From assembly GCA_012295275.1 (NCBI GenBank), contig CM022665.1:13144001-13208000 (forward strand): a DNA stretch of 64,000 nucleotides, read 5' to 3'. Source of the DNA: Chrysomallon squamiferum. Taxonomy: Eukaryota > Animalia > Mollusca. Both the position numbers and the translations under genes were made by a program. Shown one piece after another: positions 29,501-44,458 of the stretch. The notes under the pieces are model-generated. The model was not told the origin of the DNA and made no database searches. It saw only the letters and a list, made by a program, of their open reading frames with translations. Within the stretch, counting starts at the first letter, position 1; every line of letters starts with the position of its first letter.

Positions 29501-32500
29501 TATTATTTATTTATTTGTCATAATTTCAAAATATTATGTATGCACATGTATTTATATTTGTTTTTCTTTTGGAATTATAATAAGTAATTAATAAAACAGT
29601 TTATAGTTAAATAATTCAGTAGAAACCCAAAGTAATTGAAGTTTTTCTTTTTTTGGTTTGAATGGTAAGACAGTTTTTAAATACTATTTAATACACACCA
29701 ACCACATTACATTTTTTAAATATTTCAGAGGTGTCCTCTAGATCAGCTTGTTCTGAAAACCAAACTGTTCAACATGGGTGAACCAAAAGCTGTTCTTGCT
29801 CTGGCTCTGTCACCTCCAAACTTAAATGACATAGAGAGAACAGTACTGCATCTGAAAGAGGTAGTTAAGTTTATTACCTTTTGTTACTTTCTTCAAAAAT
29901 AATATGTTGTCAGAGGATGTTATTAAATAAAATAAAACAAAAATTTGTAAAATGCGTTGTGTGTCATATTGTAACTGATGACAGGTGTAACAGAAAAATA
30001 TATTTAAAATTTAGGTTTAATATATTTCCATTTTGGTTTTGATGTACAGTATTCCCTCGCTATTCGCGGGGGTTACGTTCTTTACCCCCCCCCGCGAATA
30101 GCGAAAAACCGCGAATATTGGATGCAGTTTTAAAACGTCTATTATGAGATTATATACGGTACTAAATGCTTCCCAAACACTTTCTAAAGACACTCTTACT
30201 CATTAATACAGTAATAATGTAGTAATATTGCATGCAGTTATGTATTTCACTAATGTAGTAATGATAATGTAAACACATTTTAATTTTGTACTGAAACAAT
30301 ATTTTAATCAGAAAGAAATGCAAGTACAGGAGGACAGTAACACCGCATAGCATAGTTACCCATACTGTATTACTGTACCGTAAAGTCATTTTCTATGCGT
30401 ACAACATATGTATTAGAATTGACAGAAAGTGGAACAAATTTAAAGGCAAACAGACAGATAAATACAGTACGCACAGTTCAGGTAATAATAATACAATTCA
30501 GTAATAATATGCAGTCAGCCAATAGCAGCCCAGGCATTGTTCGATGAAGACGTCAATCGATAAAAACTGCTCGAGAGAGTAAATACAGACATACCCTCGA
30601 AAAGTCTCTATGACCTACAAAAACCCGGTTTACCGAGCATTTGTTTTTATGACGTTATGACACTAGCCTGGTATACCAGCATACGATGCGATAGGGTTAA
30701 GAGCCTAACCCGCGAATATGCGGGGCCGCGAATGGGGAACCGCGAATAGGTGAGGGTATACTGTACATGAATTCATAACATATCTATTCATATTTAATTT
30801 AAAAAACAAAACTAATTTATTTATTTTCTTGAATTATATGAATTACATTTCTGTAAAAGATAAAGAATTTTAATTATTATTTTTTTTTTTTAAAGGTTGG
30901 TGCTTTGTCCACTCCAAAGATTGGAACTGGTTGGAACCACTATGATGGTGAACTGACCTTTATTGGACGTGTACTTGCTGACCTTCCAGTGGACATTCAT
31001 GTTGGAAAACTGTTGTTGTTGGGTCATGTGTTTGGTCTACTTCAGGAATGTCTGATTATAGGTCAGTGATTTTCTTTATCCTCTGTTTTTTGTTATAAAT
31101 GTGTATAATTACATTTCTTATCATTTTACATGAAGAATTTGTTGTAGATTTTAGATTTGAAGCATCTGATTTTATGTCAGTATAATAATAATAATTTTTT
31201 AAACTGTCCATTTTTGTCTTTAAAAAATATCTAGAAATAAAAATAAATGAATTTTTCATGTAAAAAAAAATAAGTAATAATAATATGTAAGACACCACCA
31301 AATTTATACAAAAATTGTTTAATGCTCAGAATGGTTAACATTAATGTTTGTGCTTTTGTTTTAAATAAATTTGTAGGTCTACATATGTTATAAATACTCG
31401 TTAGTTATGTTCTGAACACAAACTATAAGCACTGAACTAGATGAGCCCAGCAAGACTGGAAAATATGTTTTTTATAATTAAAAAAAATGTTCCTTAATTT
31501 GTACTTAACAAGTTTTATGAAAAGCCTTGACTACTGATCGACCTTCTTTTATCTCTGTTATATTATTTTCATTATTTATATTATTGTGCTTTTAAAATTA
31601 ATATTTATTTAATTACAGGTGCTGCAATGTCTTTAAAAAGTATCTTTGCAAAGCCTTTCCACAGTAAATTGGAAGCCTTCAGGTACATTCAGTATATCTG
31701 CTGATCTTTAATTTGTATAAAATTAATTATTTCTTATAATTAATCTTTTTGTTCTTTGTCTTTTGGGATAATAATTAAACCTTTCACGGCCATTGGTGCA
31801 ATATCTTGACATGCTAGAAGACTGCTGTTTGTGAAATATCTTGACATAATGCACTAAGTTATAATATTTCACTTGCCAAATGGTGTTGTGGAAGATACGG
31901 CATACTGTATGATTTTTTGTTTGTTTTAAATAATAAGGGCAAAAGCGGGTAATTTTCTGAAAAATACCTGGTGCTGGTAAGAATATATTGCACCAAAAGG
32001 GTTAAAATGAATGAAGACAATTATCTTGCCAGGTGTTATGACTTTATTTGTTTTTAATTTTTTATAATTTTATTTTATTTTATTCAGTTTTAAAATGTGC
32101 AGAATTTTAATTATTATTATTCTTTAGACAAGTATATTTAGATGTTACCTACTTTTAAATACCGTTTGTAAAAAAAAATCATCAAGTCTTATTATTTTTA
32201 CTGATTTATTTTAGACATCGATTTGCTTGGGCTGCTTACTCATTCAGTGACTGTTTTGCAATCCTGTATGCCTACAAGGTTGGTTTATTTAAATTTTCTC
32301 ATCTGATTTTAAAAATCTTTCCATTTCTTTAAAAATCAAAATTATACATGTATGTTGAAAAATAGAACATCCAATAACATCTTAATATTTTAAAAATATC
32401 TATGAAGAATTTTAAAATATGTAAAAACCCCAATAATTTTAATTATTAATTTTGTCTGATTTCTGTAATAGTGAAAGTGTAAATCATACATATTATTTTT

Positions 32501-35500
32501 TGGGTTTTTTTGTTTGTTCAATACTGTGTATGATGAAATGTGAGTAAATAAGAAGGAAAAAAAAAGAAAAAAAAAAGATGTTACAGGATTTGTGTGTTTG
32601 TGAATATATGGCACCAGTAGATTAGTCTTTATTACAGTACACTTAGTAGTAAATTTTAAAAATATATTTTTATATTACACTAGATATACTAATATCATAA
32701 GAAAATAATCCCTTAGAAATAAACCAAATTATTTAATGTAACTGTTGTTTGTTCACAACACCAAAGGGCCACTTTAAACCAAGTCAGTTGTGTATTTCAC
32801 AAAGTATTTTTGTAAAAAAAGTGAATGGACAAAATATTGTTTTATTTATTTTTGGTTTTAGGTTATTAGTGTTTGAAATGTAATTGTGTTTCCAGGTTTG
32901 GGAAAATAAAAAGAAACTTGGTGAATTCAAACGTTCTGGACAGAATGAGATAAAATGGGGAAAATCTCATTTTATTCAAATGCGCAGGATAAATGAGGTC
33001 TGTAAATCTGTGGCTGACTAACTTTATTTTTATAATTATTATCCTTGGTATGTTAAATGGAAATATTATTTAACTTAGGACAACATTTAAGAACCTGAAG
33101 CATTCTCTTAAATTTTATAAAGTGAATTTTAATTTTTCATTATTAACATTAATTAACATTATTATTATTCTTGTTGTTGTTGTTGTTGTTAAGTAAAATA
33201 AGAGATATTGTATTTGATCAGTTTTTATTTTAAAGTCCACATTTAAAATTATTAATCATTTTATCAGTTTGATTTATAAATTGCATTTGTCTTATTAATA
33301 ACATAATTAAATGTTGCACTGTATTATTTTGAATGCTTATATGTTTTTGATTTTTTTCCCCTATAAACATTGTAATTTATATATACATATTCAGGTGGCT
33401 GATTTGGTAAAAGAAATGGAACAGAGGCTGTACATGTTTAACATTCAAAAACCCAAACACCTACAGGATCACAGAAACACAGGGCGACTTACACCTGAAG
33501 AAAGACTCATTCTGAAGGTACTTGTTGCCCATTCCAACCAGTGTTCAACTTTACTGATAAAAATGATCATATTTATTTAATATAGACAGAAAAATATATA
33601 CCACAGTTGTTACTTCACCATACCTTGGATTAAAACAGGCAAAATAGTTCCTTTATCTGTTCTGACTAACTAGCTACCAGGTTTTTTTTTCAAAATAATA
33701 TTTTATAGTGTTAAGACAACACATACCCTTTTCCTTGAAATAACAGCTGGACTACTTAAAAAGGTAACACTGTGTTGATTACCAAATATTTCCTGAATAT
33801 AATTATTAGCTTAATTTTGCTTGTGTCTGTTGGATGTAGAACAAAAAAAATTTGTATTTGTTTGAAATTGAAACTGATAGTATATGGTTACATATTAACT
33901 GAATGTATTCAGCTGCTTAACTAAAATATTTTTAAAATTTTCTATTTTTCATTTAACATCTTTTCTCAGTGTTTTATTCTTTATAACTAGAGTTCTTTTT
34001 ATTAATTTTTATTAACTGGTTTATTTTTATTGATCTTTTTAGTTTCAGACATCTTGCTTTCTATTATTTTTTTCAGATTGTGATTGCTGGTGCTTTTTAC
34101 CCAAACTACTTTGTTCAGAAACAGTCAGATCAGATCAATGCCCTCCGAGAGCTGTCAAACAACGATCCTATGAGCACAGTCATGGTTTGTTTTTGTTTTT
34201 AAAAAAAAAATCAGATTAACCTTCAGTAAACCTTGTTGTTATATTTCAGAAGGAAATTTTATTATATTGTCACTTTGTTGATTGTTCTGTAAACAAAAAG
34301 AAAAAAAAAAAAAAAGCAATCATTAAAAGCAGATAAATATTGTTTCACATAGGTGAAAGGTTTGCCAGCTAACCAAGGCATGCTGTACCAAGCTAAACTG
34401 GAAGCAATTTTCAGTGTATGCCAGGCAGAGCCTCCACCATGCATCACATTTGAGGAAACCAAGTAAATACCTTTAACCTTGTTCCATATTTTAAAATCAC
34501 TTTCATAGATTTTTCATGAATCATATTTGAAGAGACAAAGTAAATATTTTTATAATTATGACATCATGGTTGCACATATAAATTCCTTTTCCTTTTTTTT
34601 TAAATGCTAAAATTTTATTGATTAAGGTTTTTAAATAAAAGTAAATGTCAGTTTGATATATTTTTAAAATATTTGTACAGAAAAAAAGAAAAAAACTTTA
34701 AAAAAAAGGAGAGAAAAACAAAAATTTCTTCAACAAACTTCTTATATTCGTTACATTATTGTCATACTTTATTATTAGCAACTGTTGATCACCAATATTT
34801 AAAAATAAACAGTTTCTTTAAGATATTTAAAATTTAATTTATTCTATTTACTATCATCAAACTTGGTTTAACATTTATGTTATAAAGTTCCATTTAAATT
34901 GTCTTTGTAATTATCTTTCTCATTTGTATTTATTAGATTGTAACGTTTTTTCAGTTTATTTTTGTTGTTATTTATTTTTTCAAAAGGGCATTTATAAAAT
35001 TTCCATGGAAATCAGACATGAAAACAGACCAGAAGATACATGATGCAGTATACATTGCTCTCAAATTAAGGTAACAATCATTAAAGATGATTTTGTCATA
35101 TTAACTATTGTATCTAATATTTGAATAATCAATTTTCAATATATTTACCAAATCAAAAAAAAGATTTAAAATCAGGTTGTAAGTACAATTATTTTTTAGT
35201 TTCAGTTTTATTATTTTTATTCTTTCAAAATTCTTAATAAATATGAATTTCAAAGACATCATATAGCATTTTATTGTCTGCTTTGATTTTCTCTTTTTTG
35301 CTTTTCTTTGATTCATTTTTTATTTAAGCAATTTTTAATTTTTTAAAATATTTTTTATAGGATGTTGCAGTTGCCGCTGGAGGTTGATGTGTATTCTAAA
35401 GATGATGCTTGTATGATGATGTCAAAACTGCATGCTCTGCAGAATGAAGCAGCTAGCTGTGGAAAACTGCGTACAAACAGGTATTTTAGATTTCAGAATA

Positions 35501-36640
35501 ACCTAGTATGATGTGTGATGATGGTGTTTTTTTCTATGGTTTACATTTATTTATTTATTTGCTATATATTACTTGAGGTAAAAATTAATACAAGCGTACA
35601 TTTTTATTCATGGGTTATTTCATGTTTGTACATATACTTCTTTCAGTGACTATAATTAGAAATTTAATTTTAAACAAATGGAGTCAAATGGATTAAGTAA
35701 ATAGCACTGCTTTTTTTTTTTTTTTTTGTGTCCTTTTTAACAAAAATTATTTATCAAATATTAAATTAGTAATTATTTTAAAACAATTTTATTTATTTAT
35801 TTATTTATTTATTTTTTAGGATAAGAGCACCAACTATGAATCTGGATGAAGACGAAACAACTTTAGCACAAGCAGTTAAACCTCCTGTGTCACAAACATC
35901 CTACATCAAAATGTACATTGCAGAGGTAAGCATTGTATCATTTTTATTTTTATTTTATTTCAATTTTTATTTCCTTTTACTTTTTACTTTCTATTTGATT
36001 TGACAATTTTATTTTAATTTTATATAATTTAATTTTAAATTTTTAATTTGTTTACTTTTTAATTTTACTTTTTAATTTTATTTGACTTTATTTGACCTTA
36101 CTTTTACTTTATACATGCTTTTGCTTTCACTCTATGGAAACAGGATTTAGATTTCCTAATTTAATCAGGTATATTCACAGATTTCCACATATAAATATTT
36201 TTAAACAACCTTATATATATATATTTTGTATAATTTAAGGTATTAGAATGTGGCCATTTCTGGGCACAGTATGTTGATCATGAAACTACCATGTCTTTTA
36301 GACACATCCAGTTAGAGCTGAATGAAAACAATGGAGAACATTTAGAGGTATGGACAACTGATTTTTTACCAGTTTTCTAACTGACAGCTAGTTCTCATAA
36401 ACTGAATTTCTGGTTGATTTTTTATTATTATTATCTTTCGATTGTTACTTTTACCTTTGTTTTTCTTAACATTGCTTTTGGGATAGATACCTTGGATAAA
36501 TTTAAATGTTATTTAGTATCATGAGGATTAAAAATAATAATAATAAAAAATAAATTAATGAAATATAATAAATGAATTTAGTACAAAAATATAAGACACC
36601 ATTGTTTTGTTTTTTAACTTTTATTATTTCTTTCTTTCTA

Positions 36641-36671
<31 letters not shown>

Positions 36672-39600
36672 TGTGCACACATGCACACATGCACACAGAC
36701 ACACACACACACATGTACTGTAATAATACTAAACTGATTAAATTATGTTATCTATGTATGTATGTATGGCCCTATCTATTTATCTATCTATTTAATGTCT
36801 GTCTGCTTATCTGACTGTCTCTGTTTAATATTTATAAAATCACAATAATAAGAGTAAGTAATGTATTTGTTTACAGGAAATAAAAGGAAATGTGATTCTT
36901 GGCATGTATGTCGCAGCACCATTCAAAGACCAGGAAGTCGCATACTACAGAGCACGAGTAGAAAGAGTAGAGGGCCAGGCGCCCAACTCTAGCATTCAGG
37001 TTACTTTCAGTTTTACCACTTGTTAACTTAACACTAATGTTCCTCACATATTTGTACACTGTTTTGAGAAATGGCCCACAGATGATCTAATTTATGGAAT
37101 TTCATGTTTTCTGTCTAAATTATTTTTATATCACTCAATTTTTTGCTTTCTGATGAGGATTTTAGTCACACTTGTCTCAAACATTAATTATTTCATTGAT
37201 TTGACTGGAGTATTAATCAGCTTTGGCTAACACAATGAAACTAACTGGTATATAGTCATTCCACCCTTTCAAATACATTGTAAATGAATTTCCCAAGGAT
37301 GGCTTGCTTATGTGATGTAAGTTTTACAATCAGAAAAAAAAAAATAATAAAAAAATAAAAAATGTAAAAGTAATGTTACTGAGGTAGTTCTTTTCAAGTG
37401 CTTAAAGTTTTAATAAATTTTTACTTTTTGAAATGAAAATAATGTTCATGAAGGTGATTTCTAATCTGTTTTGCCTTTAACATTTTGTTTTTTACTTTAT
37501 TAAAGCGACTTGTTTGTACTGAGACAGAAATTAATTTAATTAATTTTTAAAAGAATAAGGAAATTTAAATTTCATTTTCAGATAATATGTTTTTATGATA
37601 TATTATTTATTTATTAATTAATTATATTTTTTTTTTACTGTTAACTTTATTTAGTTTCTTTTTTTGTTTTTTTTTTTTTTTCCTTATTTAATTATCAATT
37701 TTATTTTCTTCTGTACTTTATTTTCATTTTTGTTTATTTATTTATTTACTTATTTATCTATTTATTTCAGGTTTTCTTTGTGGATTATGGCAATAGTGAA
37801 AAGGTTTTAAGAAATCAGCTTCGTGTTCTGCCTAAAAAATATCTCTCAGTTCCATTCCAGGTAATATATTTTGTTTACTACATAAAACATGCATTCTAAG
37901 CTCGTCTTAAATTTATTGCCAGAAAACAAATTTGGGTCACTAAATAGCCTAAACCAAAAATATTCATATTTCAGCTTTTAAGAGCAGGAAATTGTGTACA
38001 TGGTCATTAACTTTTGAAGTAAAATATGATTTGAATAGTCACTAACACAAATATGCCAACATATGTGATAGTGAAATTCTTCTTTGTTGAATGCTTTTTA
38101 ACAAACCAATCAAACAAATCAATTCAAAGAGAAAGAAAACACAACAGAAACTAAGATGGCATGTGGGAAGGTTCAGATTTGTCTGCATATTCTGAATGGT
38201 CACAATCAGCTTTACAATACTGGGTCAGTGAGTCTCATGGTTTCGTTAATCAAGACTACAGTTAATTACATGAATATCCACTCTACAAAATTAGTGTTTA
38301 TAAATACTAAAATAAATGTCGGCAAATTAAGATAAGCCGATACGTCCAATTTATTTAACTACGAGAATACCTTTTATGTGAAATAAATATTTGCAATAAA
38401 ATTATTTGCAATAAAATTATTAATATTGATTATGTGATGTTACAATTTACAGAAAAAAGAGGTCACCCAAATAATATTTTTTGAGCAACTAACCCATAAT
38501 TATTTTATCATCCCAGGTGCCCAAATGGAACTTTGGTCATATTTGGTGACCTGGTGACTGGCCATTTTGAACCTTGGGCATGATACATACACATTTTTGT
38601 TAAATAGATTTATATCATAATTGAGAGAGCCAGTGGTACTTATTAAGTAACAGCAAGACATCCCAGTGAACAATGAATCAGCATCAGACAGTCATAAATA
38701 TTTTAAATTTTCTTTGATAAGCATATCTAATTGCTCAGTAAGGTGACTGAATATTTGTATCTATTACCATTATGTTGTAGTTACTATTTTTATTTTTTTA
38801 TTATTTGTTTTTTCTTATATTATTTTTATTTTTAATCTAAATAGCATTATTCTTCTTCTTTTTCTTCTTCTTCTTCTTGTTAGTAGTAGTAGTAGAGGTA
38901 CTAATACTACAGTAGTACTTATTATTATTTATATCATTATAAAATTATATTTTATTTAGGCATGTGAGTGTTTTCTCACAGAAATTCGCCCATCCAGCAT
39001 GAAATGCCCTGATGGGGTGTGGAGTGCAGCTGCCAATGAAACATTCAGTAGCATGGTGTTAGGAAAACAGTTTTATGCTAAGGTACTTCACATTGTTTAT
39101 ACTTCCTGTACTTTTTCTTTGGCTACTTCTTGTATTTTTTTGATGCAGGAGAGTTCTGGAATTGTGATTTTCAATAATAGATTTTGATTTTTGCAAAATG
39201 TAAAAACAACAAGAGAGATTAACCTTAGATATTGACCAGTAATGTACATTATCCATGTGTTTTACTCATTTAAATATTTTGAAAATCTGGTGTTTGAGAT
39301 ATGAGGTACTGATTTTACCATGTTTTTATTTTATTTTTATTTTTTTCGAGGCCCATCTGATGTCATAATCTCTTATATTTCTAAAGTATATATTTATAAG
39401 TTTAACATTTTTAGAAAATTTCAAACTCTCCCAAGCTTGACATTACTATGTGGGTGTAATAAAACAATGTTAGTTTTAAATTTCCACTTTTAAACTACAT
39501 GGGTACAATAAGATCCTTTCAGTTTCAAATTTATACAACTATATTAGACAAAGAAATAAAATTTCAGTAATTCAAAAACTTTTAACAATTTTATCTATAA

Positions 39601-40529
39601 TTTCAGAAATGTTTAAAAGGGTACTAAATCCTTCTGTTTAGTATCTAAAAATAATTTATAATTAAAATTTTATAGTTGTAGAAATTTGAAACTCAAAGGG
39701 TCTTAGTATATCCATCTAGTTTAAGAGAGGAAATTTAAAACTAATATTGTCTTACTACATCCATATAGTTTAAGAGAGAAATTAAAAACTGAGATTTTTA
39801 ACTTTGTTACAGATTTATTCAGTAGTACGAGACACACTACGTTTAGAACTGATGTACGACAACTCAGAAGGAAACATGGTCAGTATTGCATCCGACCTGA
39901 TACACTTCAACTTTGCAGAAACTGCTGAAGAATCTTTTGTTTCTAAGGTAGACTTTTATTTCATTTCCAGCAATATTAATTTTACTGTAAATCTATATAA
40001 ATTATTTTTATTTTTGTATATTTGACATTCTAAAGCTCAGGTTCTTTTGTTCTTCATAGTATTTTACAATTTTAGAAAGAAAGGACAAATTTACTGCAGC
40101 AAATTGTATTAATATAAGATATGATTTTAGGCAACAGAGTTACTGCAGTTATAAATGTATTTTTTATAAAGAGAATTGGACTGTCAGTGTATCTAGACAT
40201 TTTAGTATAATCTAGACATTGTTATAATCAAGTGGACTAAACTGTTTTGCCTTAGGCAGTATTAAAATGAATTATGTATCAACTTCTCTATATACAGTTG
40301 AATCTTTATCTCTTGCTTTCAAGCAGTTACTTTGAAGATTGTCTTTGAGATACACTAGAAAAACATTCTGTGCTTCTTAATAGTGTTTTGGAGGTTTTAT
40401 GATTTGTACATAAAACTGTTAAAAATTCTTCAAATGTTTTAGGGTTATCAATTATTAGATATCTATTATTTCATTTTATATTCTGAGCTATACCTCTTTG
40501 TCTATCTTTGTGTATATTTATATGTGTGA

Positions 40530-40568
<39 letters not shown>

Positions 40569-41030
40569 CACACACACACACACATATATATGTATATGTA
40601 TATATTTATATATATATATGTATGTGTATACATACACACAAACATATATATATGTATGTGGTGTGTGTCAGTGCATTTACAAGGGACAAAAGCATCCAGA
40701 AAATTAAAAACCCTTTTTTATACTCAGTATTATCAGACTTCAAAATATTAATTAAGTCATTATTTTGATTTTAATATCTAATAATCATCTGTTTTTGTTT
40801 TTTTCAGCAAAGTCACGATGAACTGATGGCCAGTCAGATGACTCATCCGTCCAAACGAGACAATGCTGTGATGAAATCATGTGAAGATAACTTTGTAGAG
40901 CTGGGAATCTCTCCCAGTCAGCTGCAAGAAATGAAAACTCGGGGAAGAAAGGTATAAAATAAATTATTTTTGTGGAATAAGTTAGGTATATGTATGCATT
41001 GTTTGTGTGTGTGTGTGTGTGTGTGTGTTT

Positions 41031-41061
<31 letters not shown>

Positions 41062-44000
41062 TATGAATAAAATAATGTGTCAATGCATATGCGAGAAAAA
41101 TGGAGAGGGTTAATACAAATAATAAAGAATCTGTATATCAAAGATAATTTGTTGAGTTAAATGTAATTAAGTTTATAAAATTTATAATTTTTAGATCAGG
41201 CTCATGGGACCTACCAATCCTCTTGAAAGCTCCTTTTCCTGTATGACCTTAATAGGAAGAATGAGGTCAGTTTACTCTTTAATTCAGTCAGTTTATTTTT
41301 ATAATATTCACCAATTCCTTGTTTTCTAGATCATGGAATTCAAAATAATTTTTATTTTTTATTTTTTTTTTTTTTTCTAAAATGTCAAACAACAGACTGA
41401 TTCTAATATTTAAGTTTATTTTAAAGTTTGTTTTTGGGTGACTATTATTTTACTTAGTGTTTAATTGTATTTTTAATATTTGACATTGTAGAGCTCGCCT
41501 AAATTTATTTTTTAGAGTATTTCAGTTTTAGAAAAAAAGACAAATTTACTGCAGCAAATTGCATTAATATAAATATAAAATATGATTTTAGTCGAGAGAG
41601 TTATTGAAGTTATAAATATATTTTTAACAAATTTAACAGAATTGTCAGCATAATCTACACATTATTATAATCAAGTGTACTAAATTATTTTATCAAAGGC
41701 AAAATTAACCAAATTTTAACATGCATTACTTGATTATTTTTTGCAAATAATTTTACTACTATTAAAACATGTTTTTATACTTTTTCAGAATATTTTATTT
41801 AATTATTTTAGTGTTATTAAAACATTACTTTTTATTATACTTCTTCAGAACATAACATATTGTTTAACTGTTTTACTATTACTAAAATATTATTTGTCAT
41901 TATACTTTTTCAGAACACATGATTTAACAATTTTGCTATTACCAAAATATTATTTGTTATTATGCTTTTTCCTAATGTATCATTTAACTATTTCTTGAAA
42001 ATATTTTTACTAATACTAGAACAACATTTCTTATTACACTTTTCAGAACATGTTTATACAATTTCTCGAAAACCATTTTAGTATTACTAAAACATTATTT
42101 GTTATTGTACTTTTTTTTGAACATTCCATTTTACAGTTAAAAATAAATTTACTGTTACTAAAACACTATATCTTATTACACTTTTTCAGAGCAGTAAGAA
42201 TTGATCCAGACAGTGTCAACTGTGTTGTTGTTAATGATGATCCACAGAATCCATACCAGCGTTTGATGGTTGCAGGCTTTATTGGACTTAATCCTTCAGG
42301 TTCATCAATCATTGCACGTGACACAACGTTGATGCCGATGATACCTGGGCTGCCTGCACTGATGTCGCTGCTATTTGCTCCTTGTGCTGAACTCAGGTAT
42401 CTAGATTTAACTTTAAATACACCAAATTTTTATAACTTTTTCTATTACTATTACAATTACTTACATTATTTTTTATTACATTTTAATTCAGTGTTGAATT
42501 TTCAGAGTGTTAAAATAAAAACATAAATGTAATGATTAGAAGTTAAAATCATATTTTTTTTAATTAGTGGGGTTTTTTGTTGGTTTTTGATTTTTTTTTA
42601 GATAAATCTAAATTTAATATTTTAGCTTAGTTGTTGTTTTTTTTCAATTTAATTTTTATATATTCTTATAATTATTTCAGTTTATTTTAGTTTTTCTTGT
42701 TTTAAAAAAAAAAATTGAATTTATTTAATTTTGTTATTTATGTATTTTATTATTAATATTTTGTTTTCATTTCAATATTTTAGTTTACTTTATTTCCATT
42801 TGTTTTATTTTATATTATTACCTTCTTTCTTTTTTCTTTTTTTTCTTTTTTTTTTACACTTCTTTTAAAATTATTGTTATTTGTTTTATTTATTATTGTT
42901 GTTGCTTTTATTATTATGTTTTTTTTTCTTCTTCTTTTTCATTTAATTCAGTTTGTTATTTCATTCCTTTTGAAAATAATGTAAGTTCTGTGATTTCATT
43001 TTTCCTATCAGAATTTTATTTTTTAAAGTTTAATTTTAATTTTTGTTATTTTAGTTCTTTTTTGTTTGTTTTTTGTTTCATTAGAAGTTTTATATCACAA
43101 AGGTAGTTTATTTCCTTTTATTTTTAATTTTATTATTATTGAATTTGGTTTTAAAAAAAAAAAAATAATAATAATAATTTTTATTTTATTATTTTTGTAA
43201 TTTATTTTAATTGTTTTTTCATTCTACATATTATTATTTTATTTTATCAGTTTTTATCTTTATTTATTAATTTTTTTTTTTTTTTCTTTATGAATCCTAA
43301 ATTTCATTAGAAGTTTTATATCATAATAATATTTTATTGCCTTTTCATTAAATGATATTCACATTATTTATTGGGTTTTTTTTTAGTTAAATTTACTTTA
43401 TGATTTTTATTATTCTATTTCATTTGTTATTTTTAAAATTTAATTTTTATTGCCTTTTTATTAAATGATATTCACTTCTTTTTTTTAAAATTTAATTTTT
43501 ATTATTTTATTTAAGTTGTTATTATAATTTTTTTTTTTTATGTTATTACTCGTTTTTTTTGTTTTCTTTATTTCAGTGTAATTCTTTTTATTTTATTTTC
43601 ATTTGTTTATTCTTATACTTATTACTGTTATTTTTAAATTTAAAAAATAAGAAAAATGTTTTTTGGGGATGTTACTTTTTTAATACTAATTTTTTATTTT
43701 AATATATTAGGTTATTTCATGTTATTTATTTCCTATTGGTTTTTTTAAATTTTATTTTATTCCATTTTTATTTTATTTCATCAATTTTATTTTTTTATAT
43801 TGTAATATATACTATTTTCTTTTAATCTATCTTGTTGTTTCATTCCTTTTGAAAATAATGTAAATTCTGTTATTTCATTTTTCCTATCATAATTTGAAAT
43901 TCATTTTATTTTATTAATATTTAATTTAAAGTTTTGTTATTTTAGTTCTTTTGCTATTTGTTTTACCATTTTTAAAATAAAAAACAAATTTTTAATCCTA

Positions 44001-44410
44001 AATTTCATTACAAGTTTTATGTCATAATTATATTGTATTGCTTTTTTATTAAATGATATTGACGTTACTTATTTTTTTATTTTTTTTTAAATTTTATTAT
44101 TGTATTTAATTTTTTAATTTTAATTTATTTTATTACCAGATTAATTTTATTATTTTTTATATTTTATTTATAATTATTTCATTCTACTATTTTATTGGTT
44201 TTTATCTTAATTTGTTTCATTTATAAAATGTATTCCGTTTTCACTTTTTTTTTCAATAATGCTTTTGAAACATAATTTTTCTTTTTTAATTTTTTTTTTT
44301 ACATATCTATATTTCCATATATTTTTTTTATTTATAATTTATCATATTTCATTTTGTTTGAAAATATTTTATTTTTAGTTTCCTTATTATTTTATTTCAT
44401 TTTTAATTTC

Positions 44411-44458
<48 letters not shown>

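Noticed and set aside
41750-42192. Repeat-spacer appearance suggesting a CRISPR-like array (also 9420-9900, 51067-51400)
   Set aside because: Units are degenerate along their whole length with no invariant repeat and unique spacers. The context is a eukaryotic intron and there are no cas genes.
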